From: Gammaproteobacteria bacterium | GTDB lineage: Bacteria; Pseudomonadota; Gammaproteobacteria; Eutrophobiales; Eutrophobiaceae | NCBI GenBank assembly: GCA_965116495.1 | Contig: OZ220696.1 | Location: 2,528,001-2,592,000, forward strand | DNA: 64,000 nucleotides | Direction: 5' to 3' | Shown here: positions 1 to 8,863 of the stretch, piece after piece | Layout: every line of letters begins with the position of its first letter | Position numbering within the stretch: the first letter of the stretch is position 1 | Translations under genes and position numbers: made by a program | Notes under the pieces: model-generated | The model's database searches: none | Told to the model about the DNA's origin: nothing | Seen by the model: the letters and a program-made list of their open reading frames with translations, nothing else

Positions 1-82
1 AACCGGAAAAAAATCTCCGCCTGATCATCAAGGACGGTATTGTCCATAAAAACACCCTCATCAATTAAATTCCGGAATAACC

Positions 83-1348
83 ATGTTGCAGAACAGGTGG
101 CCCAAGCGGTTTACCCTGGTAGGGCTGAGCTTCCTGGCCATGGTCATAGCCTATACCGACCGGGTCAATATCTCCGTCGCGGCAATCCAGATGCAGGACG
201 AGCTGGGCTGGTCCGACGCGACCAAGGGACTGGTGTTATCGTCATTTTTTATCGGCTACTTCTTCTTCCAGGTGCTCGGCGGCTGGCTGGCAAACCGTTA
301 CGGCGGAAAAATCGTCTTGGGCGTTGCGGTGATCCTGTGGTCCGGCTTCACCCTGTTGACGCCGCTCGCCGCCTTCACCGGTTCCCTGGTCCTGTTGCTG
401 GGAGCGAGAGTCCTGCTGGGCGTTGGCGAGGCCTCGGTGGCGCCGGCGGTATTGAACCTGTTCAGCCGCTGGGTACCGCCCGATGAACGGGCCCGGGCAG
501 TCGCTTTTTTGTCCAGTGGAGCAATCGTCGGCACACTGATCGCCCTGTTGGTCACCGGCTGGATTATCGTTGAGTTCGGCTGGCCCATGGCGTTTTACAG
601 TTTTGCCGTACTGGGATTTATCTGGGCCCTGTTCTGGTTCCGGTTCGTCAGAAACGACCCCGGTGAGCACCGGGATATTTCGGAAGCGGAACTCAGGCTG
701 CTTGCCGAAGTCCGGCAGGGTAATGCACGGGACAAGGCTATCCCCTGGCGCGTGATCTTATCCCACCGGGCGGCCTGGGCGCTGATTATTACCAATTTCT
801 GCACCAACTGGGGGCTGTACGTCGCCCTGGCGTGGCTGCCCAGCTACTTCTACGACACCCAGGGAATTTCCATAGTCGGCTCCGGCCTGTATTCCATGGC
901 GCCCTGGCTGTCCATGTTCTTCGCTATGAATATCGCCGGGTGGCTGGCGGACCGGGCGCTCAGCGGCGGCATGGATGCAACCCGGCTGCGCAAGATTGCC
1001 CAGACCATCGGGCTGGGCGGCTCGGCAGTGTTCCTGATTGCCGCGGGCAGCGCCGCCACGCCCCTGGTTGCGGTATTGACCATGTGCGGCGCGCTGGCCT
1101 GCCTGGGGGTGTGCTATTCGGGCTTCGCCCCGGCCGCGCTGGAAATGGCGCCGAGGCACGTTGATATATTGTGGAGCATCAGCAACACGTTCGGCACCAT
1201 CCCGGGGATCATCGGCGTGGCGGTGACCGGCTGGCTGGTGGGTGTCACCGGCACTTACCTTGCCGCGTTCGCCCTGGCCGCGGCGGTGCACATCATCGGG
1301 GCCGCGGTATGGTTGTTATTCGGTACGGCCAGGCAGGTCATTCACTGA
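83..1348 (+). CDS. MFS transporter, anion:cation symporter (ACS) family
   Basis: 421 aa hydrophobic protein with YTDRVNISVA, GGWLANRYGGK and SNTFGTIPGI motifs typical of ACS/SLC17-like carriers. Confidence 0.9.
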   Translation: MLQNRWPKRFTLVGLSFLAMVIAYTDRVNISVAAIQMQDELGWSDATKGLVLSSFFIGYFFFQVLGGWLANRYGGKIVLGVAVILWSGFTLLTPLAAFTGSLVLLLGARVLLGVGEASVAPAVLNLFSRWVPPDERARAVAFLSSGAIVGTLIALLVTGWIIVEFGWPMAFYSFAVLGFIWALFWFRFVRNDPGEHRDISEAELRLLAEVRQGNARDKAIPWRVILSHRAAWALIITNFCTNWGLYVALAWLPSYFYDTQGISIVGSGLYSMAPWLSMFFAMNIAGWLADRALSGGMDATRLRKIAQTIGLGGSAVFLIAAGSAATPLVAVLTMCGALACLGVCYSGFAPAALEMAPRHVDILWSISNTFGTIPGIIGVAVTGWLVGVTGTYLAAFALAAAVHIIGAAVWLLFGTARQVIH

Positions 1349-1361
1349 TTTATCACGAATA

Positions 1362-3092
1362 ATGGCAATGTGGCCCATAATCAGAATTCCCGGTGTCTTC
1401 CTGTCCGCGGCATTACTTATAGCTTGTGAAGCTCCAAGGGAGATGCCGACTGAAGAGTCGACAGCCACTGCGGCAACGGCGGTTTACATTAACGGTGACA
1501 TACTCACCATGAACGATACACAACCTGTTGCCGAAGCACTGGCTGTGCGCCGGGGAAAAATACTGGCGGTTGGCAAGCGGGCGATGGTGGAAGCGGTTTC
1601 CGGCAAGGATGCCACGTTGAAGGACTTGAACGGTCGTACCCTGTTGCCCGGTTTTATTGACAGTCACGGTCACATCTCCGCGGTGATATCCTTCATGGCT
1701 TTTGAAAATATTGCATCACCACCCGTCGGACAGGTAAACTCCATCGCCGCTATACAATCACTGTTATCGGCAAAGGCGGCAGAAGTGCCGACAGGCGAGT
1801 GGATCATGGCTGCGGGCTATGACGATTCCCTACTGGCCGAGCAGAGACACCCGACAAAATTTGATCTGGACGCAGTTTCCACGCAGCATCCGATCATGGC
1901 ATGGCATGTCTCCGGCCACCTGATGGTCTGCAATACCCCGTGCCTGGAACTGGCGGGATATACCCCTGACAGGGAAGACCCGGAAGGCGGTGTCATTCGC
2001 AGGGTTGCAGGCAGTAACGAACCCAACGGCATTCTCGAAGAATCAGCCGTATACAGGATTTATTTCGATTTGTTGCCGATTCACGATGTGACCACCCGTC
2101 TTGGCCTGCTGCAGGAAGCCCAGGACTATTATGCACGTTTCGGTGTAACGACTGTGCAGGATGGCGCAGCGACCTTGACCGACCTGGAAACATTGCAGAC
2201 AGCCGCCGGCCGTGACGGGTTAGTGCTCGATGTGGTCGCCTACCCGTTTTACCGTTACGCTGAAGCTCTCGACGGGCAATTTCCCTTTTCACAAAGCTAT
2301 ACCAAACGCTTCCGTGTCGGCGGCCTCAAACTGGGTCTTGATGGTTCGCCCCAGGGCAAGACCGCCTGGTTGACGGAACCCTACCATGTGCCGCCACAGG
2401 GCAGGGACGCAGGTTATGCCGGCTATGCCATATTGAAGGACGAGGCGCTGAACGGTTATGTGTCGGACATGTATGAGAGAAACATACCTGTTATCGCCCA
2501 CGCCAATGGCGATGCCGCCATGGACCAGTTGATCCGCGCCGTCAGCAACGCCAATGAATTGCACGGCAGGGCCGACCGCCGTACCGTGATAATCCACGCA
2601 CAAACCGCCCGGGATGACCAGATCGATGCATTCAAAGCGGAGGGGATGCTGCCATCCTACTTCGCCGCACACACATATTTCTGGGGGGACTGGCACCGGG
2701 ATTCGGTACTGGGACCCGAACGGGGCAGCCGTATCAGCCCCCTGGCATCCACCCTGGCACGCGGGGTGCCCTATACCATCCATAACGATACGCCCGTAGT
2801 ACCGCCGGACATGATGCGGCTGGTCTGGTCAGCGGTGAACCGCGTGACCCGCAGTGGACAAACCCTGGGTGAAGAGCAGAAAATATCCGTGGAAGATGCG
2901 CTCAAGGCGATCACCATAAACGGCGCTTACCAGTATTTTGAGGAAGACGGCAAGGGAAGCCTGGTAGCGGGGAAACTGGCGGATCTGGTGATCCTGTCGG
3001 ACAACCCGCTTGATGTGGACCCGTTGACTATCAAGGATATTCAAGTAATTGAAACGATAAAAGAAGGCACTACGGTCTATATGAGAAATTAG
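1362..3092 (+). CDS. Amidohydrolase 3 family (YtcJ-like) protein, probable lipoprotein
   Basis: PGFIDSHGH metal motif, DGSPQGKTA, HANGDAA, GKLADLVILS; start moved to ATG 1362, giving a signal peptide ending LLIAC. Confidence 0.85.
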   Translation: MAMWPIIRIPGVFLSAALLIACEAPREMPTEESTATAATAVYINGDILTMNDTQPVAEALAVRRGKILAVGKRAMVEAVSGKDATLKDLNGRTLLPGFIDSHGHISAVISFMAFENIASPPVGQVNSIAAIQSLLSAKAAEVPTGEWIMAAGYDDSLLAEQRHPTKFDLDAVSTQHPIMAWHVSGHLMVCNTPCLELAGYTPDREDPEGGVIRRVAGSNEPNGILEESAVYRIYFDLLPIHDVTTRLGLLQEAQDYYARFGVTTVQDGAATLTDLETLQTAAGRDGLVLDVVAYPFYRYAEALDGQFPFSQSYTKRFRVGGLKLGLDGSPQGKTAWLTEPYHVPPQGRDAGYAGYAILKDEALNGYVSDMYERNIPVIAHANGDAAMDQLIRAVSNANELHGRADRRTVIIHAQTARDDQIDAFKAEGMLPSYFAAHTYFWGDWHRDSVLGPERGSRISPLASTLARGVPYTIHNDTPVVPPDMMRLVWSAVNRVTRSGQTLGEEQKISVEDALKAITINGAYQYFEEDGKGSLVAGKLADLVILSDNPLDVDPLTIKDIQVIETIKEGTTVYMRN

Positions 3093-3199
3093 TGTTTTTG
3101 AATATGCTTGTCGGGATACATCTTTCAATGAATGGTCGGAGGGAAACGCAAGTTGATGTTACGTTGCGACGCTGATACATATTTGCTAGGCTTGCAGCT

Positions 3200-4354
3200 A
3201 TGCCTCCTAATACCTTGCAGCCTGAATTGTTTCGACCCGGCTGGGGTATGCTGCCTCCTTATTTGGCCGGACGGGACATCCAACAACATGAACTGAAACA
3301 GGCATTAGCCTGCCTGCAAACAGGGGTCTCGCCGGCGTCGGGTAAGGTTTTGATCGGTCCGCGGGGCAATGGCAAAACGGCGTTGTTGCGCTGGTTCAAG
3401 CAGGAAATTGAACGTGTAGGATCCGGCATAGACGTGGTCTGGTTAACCCCAGACAAGATTCCCGACCTGGACGCTCTGGCTACTGAATTGGCGCCGCCGG
3501 AACGTTTTCAATCGCTGTTGCCTGACACATTATCTTTGTCCCTGGGAGTCGGCAAGCTGGGCTGGGAACTGGGTGGGCGCCCAGCTTCGCTTAGCAGGTT
3601 GTTGACACAGCGTTGCCGCAAAACGCCTCTGGTAGTATTGCTTGATGAAGCGCAAAACCTCGGCACTGGTGAGGGGCAGGCGCTGCTCAATAGCGCGCAG
3701 GAGATATCTGCCGAGGCACCCTTCCTGCTGATGCTGGCAGGCACGCCCAACCTGTCTGATAAGCTGAACAGCCTGAACACTACCTTCTGGGAACGTTGTC
3801 AACCGATTGCCGGTATTGGTCGCCTGGATGCTGAGGCCTGCGCCGCAGCTTTGGAGAGGCCTTTGGCTGAATATGGCATCAGTTTCACATCGGAGGTGCT
3901 GGATGAAGTCGTAGTCGAAAGCCAGCGCTACCCTTACTTCCTGCAATTATGGGGAAAAGCAATCTGGGAGCAAGTTCGGAACTCCGTCGGACAAACCCGG
4001 AAAGGTGGAGTTGAGCGGATTGGCGCGGCCCTGTTCGCTGCCGCGAGACCCGAATTTGAGCGCAACAAAAACGGATTTTATGCCATTCGTTACCGTCAGC
4101 TTGAACAGACTGAGTTATTGCCGGTTGCGCGCGAGGTCGCGCTGACATTCAGGGAACGGCAGAGTCTGAGTGACAGCCAATTTCGGCAAGCTATTACTGG
4201 TGCCTTGCCGGAAAAACCTTCAGCGGAAATGATCAAAACCATCAGTTCCGCGTTGCAGGGACATGGCTATGTCTGGGCGCCGCCGGATGACGTGATGTTA
4301 GAACCAGGCATTCCCAGCCTGATGGATTATGTATTGGCTAAATCAGCTTTGTAG
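3200..4354 (+). CDS. Stand-alone P-loop ATPase (AAA_16/archaeal-ATPase-like)
   Basis: Walker A GPRGNGKT, Walker B LLDEAQ, YPYFLQ motif. Confidence 0.8.
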   Translation: MPPNTLQPELFRPGWGMLPPYLAGRDIQQHELKQALACLQTGVSPASGKVLIGPRGNGKTALLRWFKQEIERVGSGIDVVWLTPDKIPDLDALATELAPPERFQSLLPDTLSLSLGVGKLGWELGGRPASLSRLLTQRCRKTPLVVLLDEAQNLGTGEGQALLNSAQEISAEAPFLLMLAGTPNLSDKLNSLNTTFWERCQPIAGIGRLDAEACAAALERPLAEYGISFTSEVLDEVVVESQRYPYFLQLWGKAIWEQVRNSVGQTRKGGVERIGAALFAAARPEFERNKNGFYAIRYRQLEQTELLPVAREVALTFRERQSLSDSQFRQAITGALPEKPSAEMIKTISSALQGHGYVWAPPDDVMLEPGIPSLMDYVLAKSAL

Positions 4355-4435
4355 GCGTCACTCAGTATTTTTGGTCGCGGGGATAGCGGTTGGGAGGCGC
4401 CGGTCGGCAGATATCGCCTATCGTGGTGTCTGGAA

Positions 4436-5701
4436 ATGAAAATAATCATCATCGGAGCCGGCATCCAGGGAGTCACAACCGCCTGGTGTCTCAAGAAACA
4501 TGGGGTTGAAGTCACAGTTCTCGAACGTTACGGGGGACCCGGCCTGGACTGCAGTTTCGCCAATGGCGGCGGGTTAACCGCCGGCTTCTGTGAGCCCTGG
4601 AACGCGCCGGGGATACACAAAGTGCTGTTGCAGTCCCTGGGCAGACAGGATGCGCCGATACTGTTACACCTGAAGGCCATTCCCGGCATGTTGTCCTGGG
4701 GCCTGGGGTTTCTACGGGCATCCCGTCAGGAAGCGTTTTTCGAAAATGTCAGGCGCAACTGCGCGCTGGCCGCTTATTCGATCGCGCAAATGAAGGAAAT
4801 ACGGGATGAAGCAGGTATCGAATACCGGTATTCCGATGCGGGCACTTTGCTGCTGTTTCGCAACCAGGAATCCCTGGAGGGGCATATCGAACATGCCGGC
4901 TTTCTGCGTGAAGAATGCGGAGCGGCAAGCAGGACGCTTGACCGTGATGAACTGGTCGCCCTGGAGGCTTCCCTGCAACCGATCCGGGACCGGCTTGCAG
5001 GGGGAATACACTTTCCCGGTGACGAGACTGGAGACTGTCATATATTTTGCAGGAAGCTCGCTGAAATATTATCGAACAGGGGCGTGAAATTTCGCTACGA
5101 CACCAGTGTCTTACGGATACTCCGGGACGGTTCATCGTTCAAGGTCGAGTTGTCCGCAGGTGACGCCCTGACCGCGGATGCGGTTGTGGTCGCCGCCGGC
5201 GCCTATAGTCCGAAACTGGTGCGTCCGCTGGGGATCCGCATCCCCGTCTATCCGGCAAAAGGCTACTCGCTGACCATCTCCATGGACGGTTGGGAAAACC
5301 GGCCGCGTCATATCATGGGCGATATGGACTTGCACGCAGGGATAAATCCGTTGGGTGATGAAGTCCTGAGGGTCGCAGGCACCGCAGAATTTACCGGCTT
5401 CGACAAATCGATTCCTGCTGCGCGTACAGGCAACCTGGTCAGGCTGGTAGAGGCTGTTTTTCCTGAATTGGCAGAGATCATGGATCGGGACTCGCTTAAC
5501 CCATGGACAGGGTTAAGGCCTATGAGCAGCGACGGTGTGCCGATTCTCGGGAATACGCCGGTACCCGGACTTTACCTGAATACGGGCCAGGGCCATCTCG
5601 GCTGGACCATGGCGGCGGCATCGGGGAGGGTGGTGGCGGATATCATCATGGGAAGGACGTCGGAAGTCGATATAGATCATTACTCGGTAAACAGGTTTTG
5701 A
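4436..5701 (+). CDS. dadA: D-amino acid dehydrogenase-like FAD oxidoreductase
   Basis: IIIGAGIQG FAD motif, SFANGG, YPAKGYS, WTGLRPM, NTGQGHLGWT. Confidence 0.8.
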   Translation: MKIIIIGAGIQGVTTAWCLKKHGVEVTVLERYGGPGLDCSFANGGGLTAGFCEPWNAPGIHKVLLQSLGRQDAPILLHLKAIPGMLSWGLGFLRASRQEAFFENVRRNCALAAYSIAQMKEIRDEAGIEYRYSDAGTLLLFRNQESLEGHIEHAGFLREECGAASRTLDRDELVALEASLQPIRDRLAGGIHFPGDETGDCHIFCRKLAEILSNRGVKFRYDTSVLRILRDGSSFKVELSAGDALTADAVVVAAGAYSPKLVRPLGIRIPVYPAKGYSLTISMDGWENRPRHIMGDMDLHAGINPLGDEVLRVAGTAEFTGFDKSIPAARTGNLVRLVEAVFPELAEIMDRDSLNPWTGLRPMSSDGVPILGNTPVPGLYLNTGQGHLGWTMAAASGRVVADIIMGRTSEVDIDHYSVNRF

Positions 5702-5714
5702 CGGGTCTATACAG

Positions 5715-7358
5715 GTGCCAGGTCCATTACATAAAACTCGGGCTATCCGTACAGGGGTATTTTGGACGGCGCTGAGTCTGCTATTGGTTCCGGTCACCTC
5801 CATCGCCGGCGCCGATGAATATGATGTCGTCATTCTGAACGGCAGGGTGATGGACCCGGAAACCAGTTTCGATGCGGTCCGCAACGTGGGCATACGCAGC
5901 GGAAAGATAGCTGCCATCACGCCCGCCACCATCTCGGGCGGGAGGATTATCGACGCGACAGAGCATGTCGTCACGGCGGGGTTCATCGATACGCACGTGC
6001 ACAGCCTCGATTTGTTCTCAGTCAGGCTATTGATGCGGGACGGGGTCACCACGGGAATGGACCTGGAAGTGGGTGCCTGGCCGGTGGGTCCCTGGTATGA
6101 AGGGAAAAAAGACAAATGGCCGATTAATTACGGCACTACCGTAAGTCAGGAGATAGTGCGCATGTCGGTGCACGATGCGGACGACGGCATCGACTTTTCC
6201 CGTCCCGTCGATGCCACGGTCTTGAGCAAGGCGCGTACCGCAAGCCTGAAAGACGGCGTAGAAGGCTGGTCGGCCACAATCAGCGACCGCACACAAATGA
6301 ATGAGATTAGCCGCCGGCTTGACCAGGGTCTGCGTGAGGGCGCCCTGGGTTTAGGCTCCACTATCGGCTACATGCGCAAAGGGGTGACCACTTACGAGAT
6401 GTTCGAAGCCCAGCGCGCGGCGGCGCGTTATGGCCGGCTGACTGCCGCACACCTGCGCTTTCATCCGATGAATAAAACTCCGACGGAATCACCCATGGGG
6501 TTTGCCGAAGCATTTACCAACGCGGTGACTTTGAAGGCGCCCTTGCTAATCGCCCACAACAACGACTACGGCTGGTGGGAGATTGAAGAGAAACTGGCCC
6601 TGGCCAGGGAACAAGGGCTCAATATGTGGGGCGAATACTATCCTTATACCGCAGGCGCAGGCCCCCTGGGCAGCGAGTTCCTGCGACCGGAAATGTGGGA
6701 GGATACGCTGGGTTACAAGTATGAAGAGACCTTGTTTGATCCGGTACAAAACAAGTTTTTGAGCCGGGATGAATATTTCAAGGCCGTTGCAACAGACCCG
6801 GGCCGAACGGTCATAGCCCATATTCCACCGCGCAAGCCCTGGTTGCGTAAGTGGCTGAAGGTCCCCCACATGGTTGTCGCGGGGGATACCATGTGGAGTA
6901 CGGACAAGGACGGTAATGCCCTGGGCTGGCAGGATGGTTATGATGAATACGTCGGCCATCCGCGTACGGCAGGGACACGGGGCAGGGTGCTCCGGCTCGC
7001 CCGTGAGGAAAACATCCCCCTTATGTTCAGCCTGTCGCAATTAAGTTACTGGCATGCAAAACACCTGGGCGATGCCGGTATTGAGGCCATGAAAATACGG
7101 GGACGGATGCAGGAGGGGATGGCGGCGGACATCGTCGTATTTGATCCGGACCGGGTAACGGACAACGCTGATTTCGATCTGGGCGCCAACGGCCGGCCGA
7201 CTACCGGCATCCCGTACGTCCTGGTCAACGGCCGGTTCGTCGTGGATGATTCCGAGGTGAAAAAAATCATGGCCGGCCAGGCAATCCGTTATCCTCCTGA
7301 AAACACCGGCCGGTTTGTCCCGGTAACGGAAGAACAATACCCGCTTACAAAAAACTAG
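5715..7358 (+). CDS. D-aminoacylase/N-acyl-D-amino-acid deacylase-like amidohydrolase, exported
   Basis: N-terminal signal-like segment, GFIDTHVH, GHPRTAGT, GMAADIVVFDP, GIPYVLVNG. Confidence 0.75.
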   Translation: MPGPLHKTRAIRTGVFWTALSLLLVPVTSIAGADEYDVVILNGRVMDPETSFDAVRNVGIRSGKIAAITPATISGGRIIDATEHVVTAGFIDTHVHSLDLFSVRLLMRDGVTTGMDLEVGAWPVGPWYEGKKDKWPINYGTTVSQEIVRMSVHDADDGIDFSRPVDATVLSKARTASLKDGVEGWSATISDRTQMNEISRRLDQGLREGALGLGSTIGYMRKGVTTYEMFEAQRAAARYGRLTAAHLRFHPMNKTPTESPMGFAEAFTNAVTLKAPLLIAHNNDYGWWEIEEKLALAREQGLNMWGEYYPYTAGAGPLGSEFLRPEMWEDTLGYKYEETLFDPVQNKFLSRDEYFKAVATDPGRTVIAHIPPRKPWLRKWLKVPHMVVAGDTMWSTDKDGNALGWQDGYDEYVGHPRTAGTRGRVLRLAREENIPLMFSLSQLSYWHAKHLGDAGIEAMKIRGRMQEGMAADIVVFDPDRVTDNADFDLGANGRPTTGIPYVLVNGRFVVDDSEVKKIMAGQAIRYPPENTGRFVPVTEEQYPLTKN

Positions 7359-7374
7359 AACAGGAGTTATAGTC

Positions 7375-8709
7375 TTGCCCGTGCCCAGTGCCCAATCTCC
7401 AGTCACGTTCCGTGACAACCTGCCGGATAAAGTCGATGTGGTCGTTATCGGCGCCGGCATAATCGGCATTTGCACGGCCTGGTTCCTCGCCAGGGACGGA
7501 CATTCCGTACTGGTATGTGAAAAGGGACGCGTGGCAGGCGAGCAGTCCAGCCGTAACTGGGGCTGGGTCCGGCAAACAGGCCGCGATGAAGCGGAACTGC
7601 CGATCATGATGGATTCCATCAATATCTGGGAATCAATAACGGCTGAAATCGAGGAAGATACCGGTTTTCAACGCGGCGGCGTGCTGTTCCTGGCGGAGAA
7701 TGAAAAAGATCAGAACACATTTGAACAGTGGTTGCCTGTTGCCGCAAAGTACGGACTTGATACCAGGGCACTGACCCGGTCAGAAGTGGAGGAAACCGTC
7801 GACTGTAACAGGAATAAATGGGTCGGCGGCCTCTACACGAAAAGCGACGGCAGGGCGGAGCCTTTCAGGGCAGTGCCGGCCATGGCCCGGGCAGCACAAA
7901 AGGACGGCTGCAGGATCATTGAAAACTGCGCGGTGCGCAGTATCGAAACGGAAGCAGGCGAGGTCAGCCTGGTAATCACGGAACAAGGTGAGGTAAAAAC
8001 CGGTGCCGTAGTCTGCGCCGGCGGCGCCTGGTCATCTCTATTCCTGGCCAACCTCGGCGTTTCCCTGCCGCAACTCCTGGTACGCGGCACCGTTGCCAGG
8101 ACAAAGCCGGGACCGGAGGTGTTTCCGGGTTGTGCGGGCTCCCACAGGTTTGCGTTCAGGCGGCGCCAGGACGGCGGTTATACCCTGGCTCTCGGGAATT
8201 ACCTGGAACACTTCATCAGCGATAACAGTTTTCGTTATTGCCTGAAATTCCTGCCGGCCCTGAGGCAGTCCTGGGATGGGATCAGGTTCCGGATTGGTGA
8301 TGGCCTGCTGGAACGCCTGTTCCCGACACGTAAATGGCAGGCCGACGAGACAACACCTTTTGAGCGCACCCGTGTACTCAACCCACCGCCATGCCCTTGG
8401 GCGCTGAAACAGATTCAGGAACGCCTGGCTAAAAGCCTGCCGGTACTGGCTCAGACGGGTATCGAAGAGGCCTGGGCAGGCATGATCGACGCGCCACCGG
8501 ATTTCGTGCCGGTCATGGACGCCATACCGGATTACCCGGGTCTGTACCTGGCCACGGGTTTCAGCGGCCACGGTTTCGGCATAGGTCCGGGCGCGGGCCG
8601 GGTGATGGCGCGCCTGGTACAGGGCAAACCGGCGGAACGTGATCTTACCCGGTTCCGCTTCTCGCGTTTTACCGACGGAAGCCCCGTAATCCCCGGTCCT
8701 GCGCTGTAA
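7375..8709 (+). CDS. FAD-dependent oxidoreductase, DAO family
   Basis: VVVIGAGIIG, GEQSSRNWGWVRQ, GFSGHGFGIGPG; TTG start. Confidence 0.85.
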   Translation: MPVPSAQSPVTFRDNLPDKVDVVVIGAGIIGICTAWFLARDGHSVLVCEKGRVAGEQSSRNWGWVRQTGRDEAELPIMMDSINIWESITAEIEEDTGFQRGGVLFLAENEKDQNTFEQWLPVAAKYGLDTRALTRSEVEETVDCNRNKWVGGLYTKSDGRAEPFRAVPAMARAAQKDGCRIIENCAVRSIETEAGEVSLVITEQGEVKTGAVVCAGGAWSSLFLANLGVSLPQLLVRGTVARTKPGPEVFPGCAGSHRFAFRRRQDGGYTLALGNYLEHFISDNSFRYCLKFLPALRQSWDGIRFRIGDGLLERLFPTRKWQADETTPFERTRVLNPPPCPWALKQIQERLAKSLPVLAQTGIEEAWAGMIDAPPDFVPVMDAIPDYPGLYLATGFSGHGFGIGPGAGRVMARLVQGKPAERDLTRFRFSRFTDGSPVIPGPAL

Positions 8710-8863
8710 GCGCTTACCGATTTTCACTTTAAGATAACAGTTTTGAACGTACTGATTAATAGTATCGGTGTGGCGCATGTCATACTGCGTTGTTAAAATG
8801 TATACTTGTTTACAACGATATGTCCGGTGCGGGCAGGTCATTTCTCTCAGGGGGAAAAATTCA

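Noticed and set aside
1242-1361. Longer upstream starts from the ORF track (also 8768, 25709, 29261, 30365, 33271, 35244)
   Set aside because: They overlap neighbouring genes or lack an RBS; downstream ATGs give family-typical N-termini.
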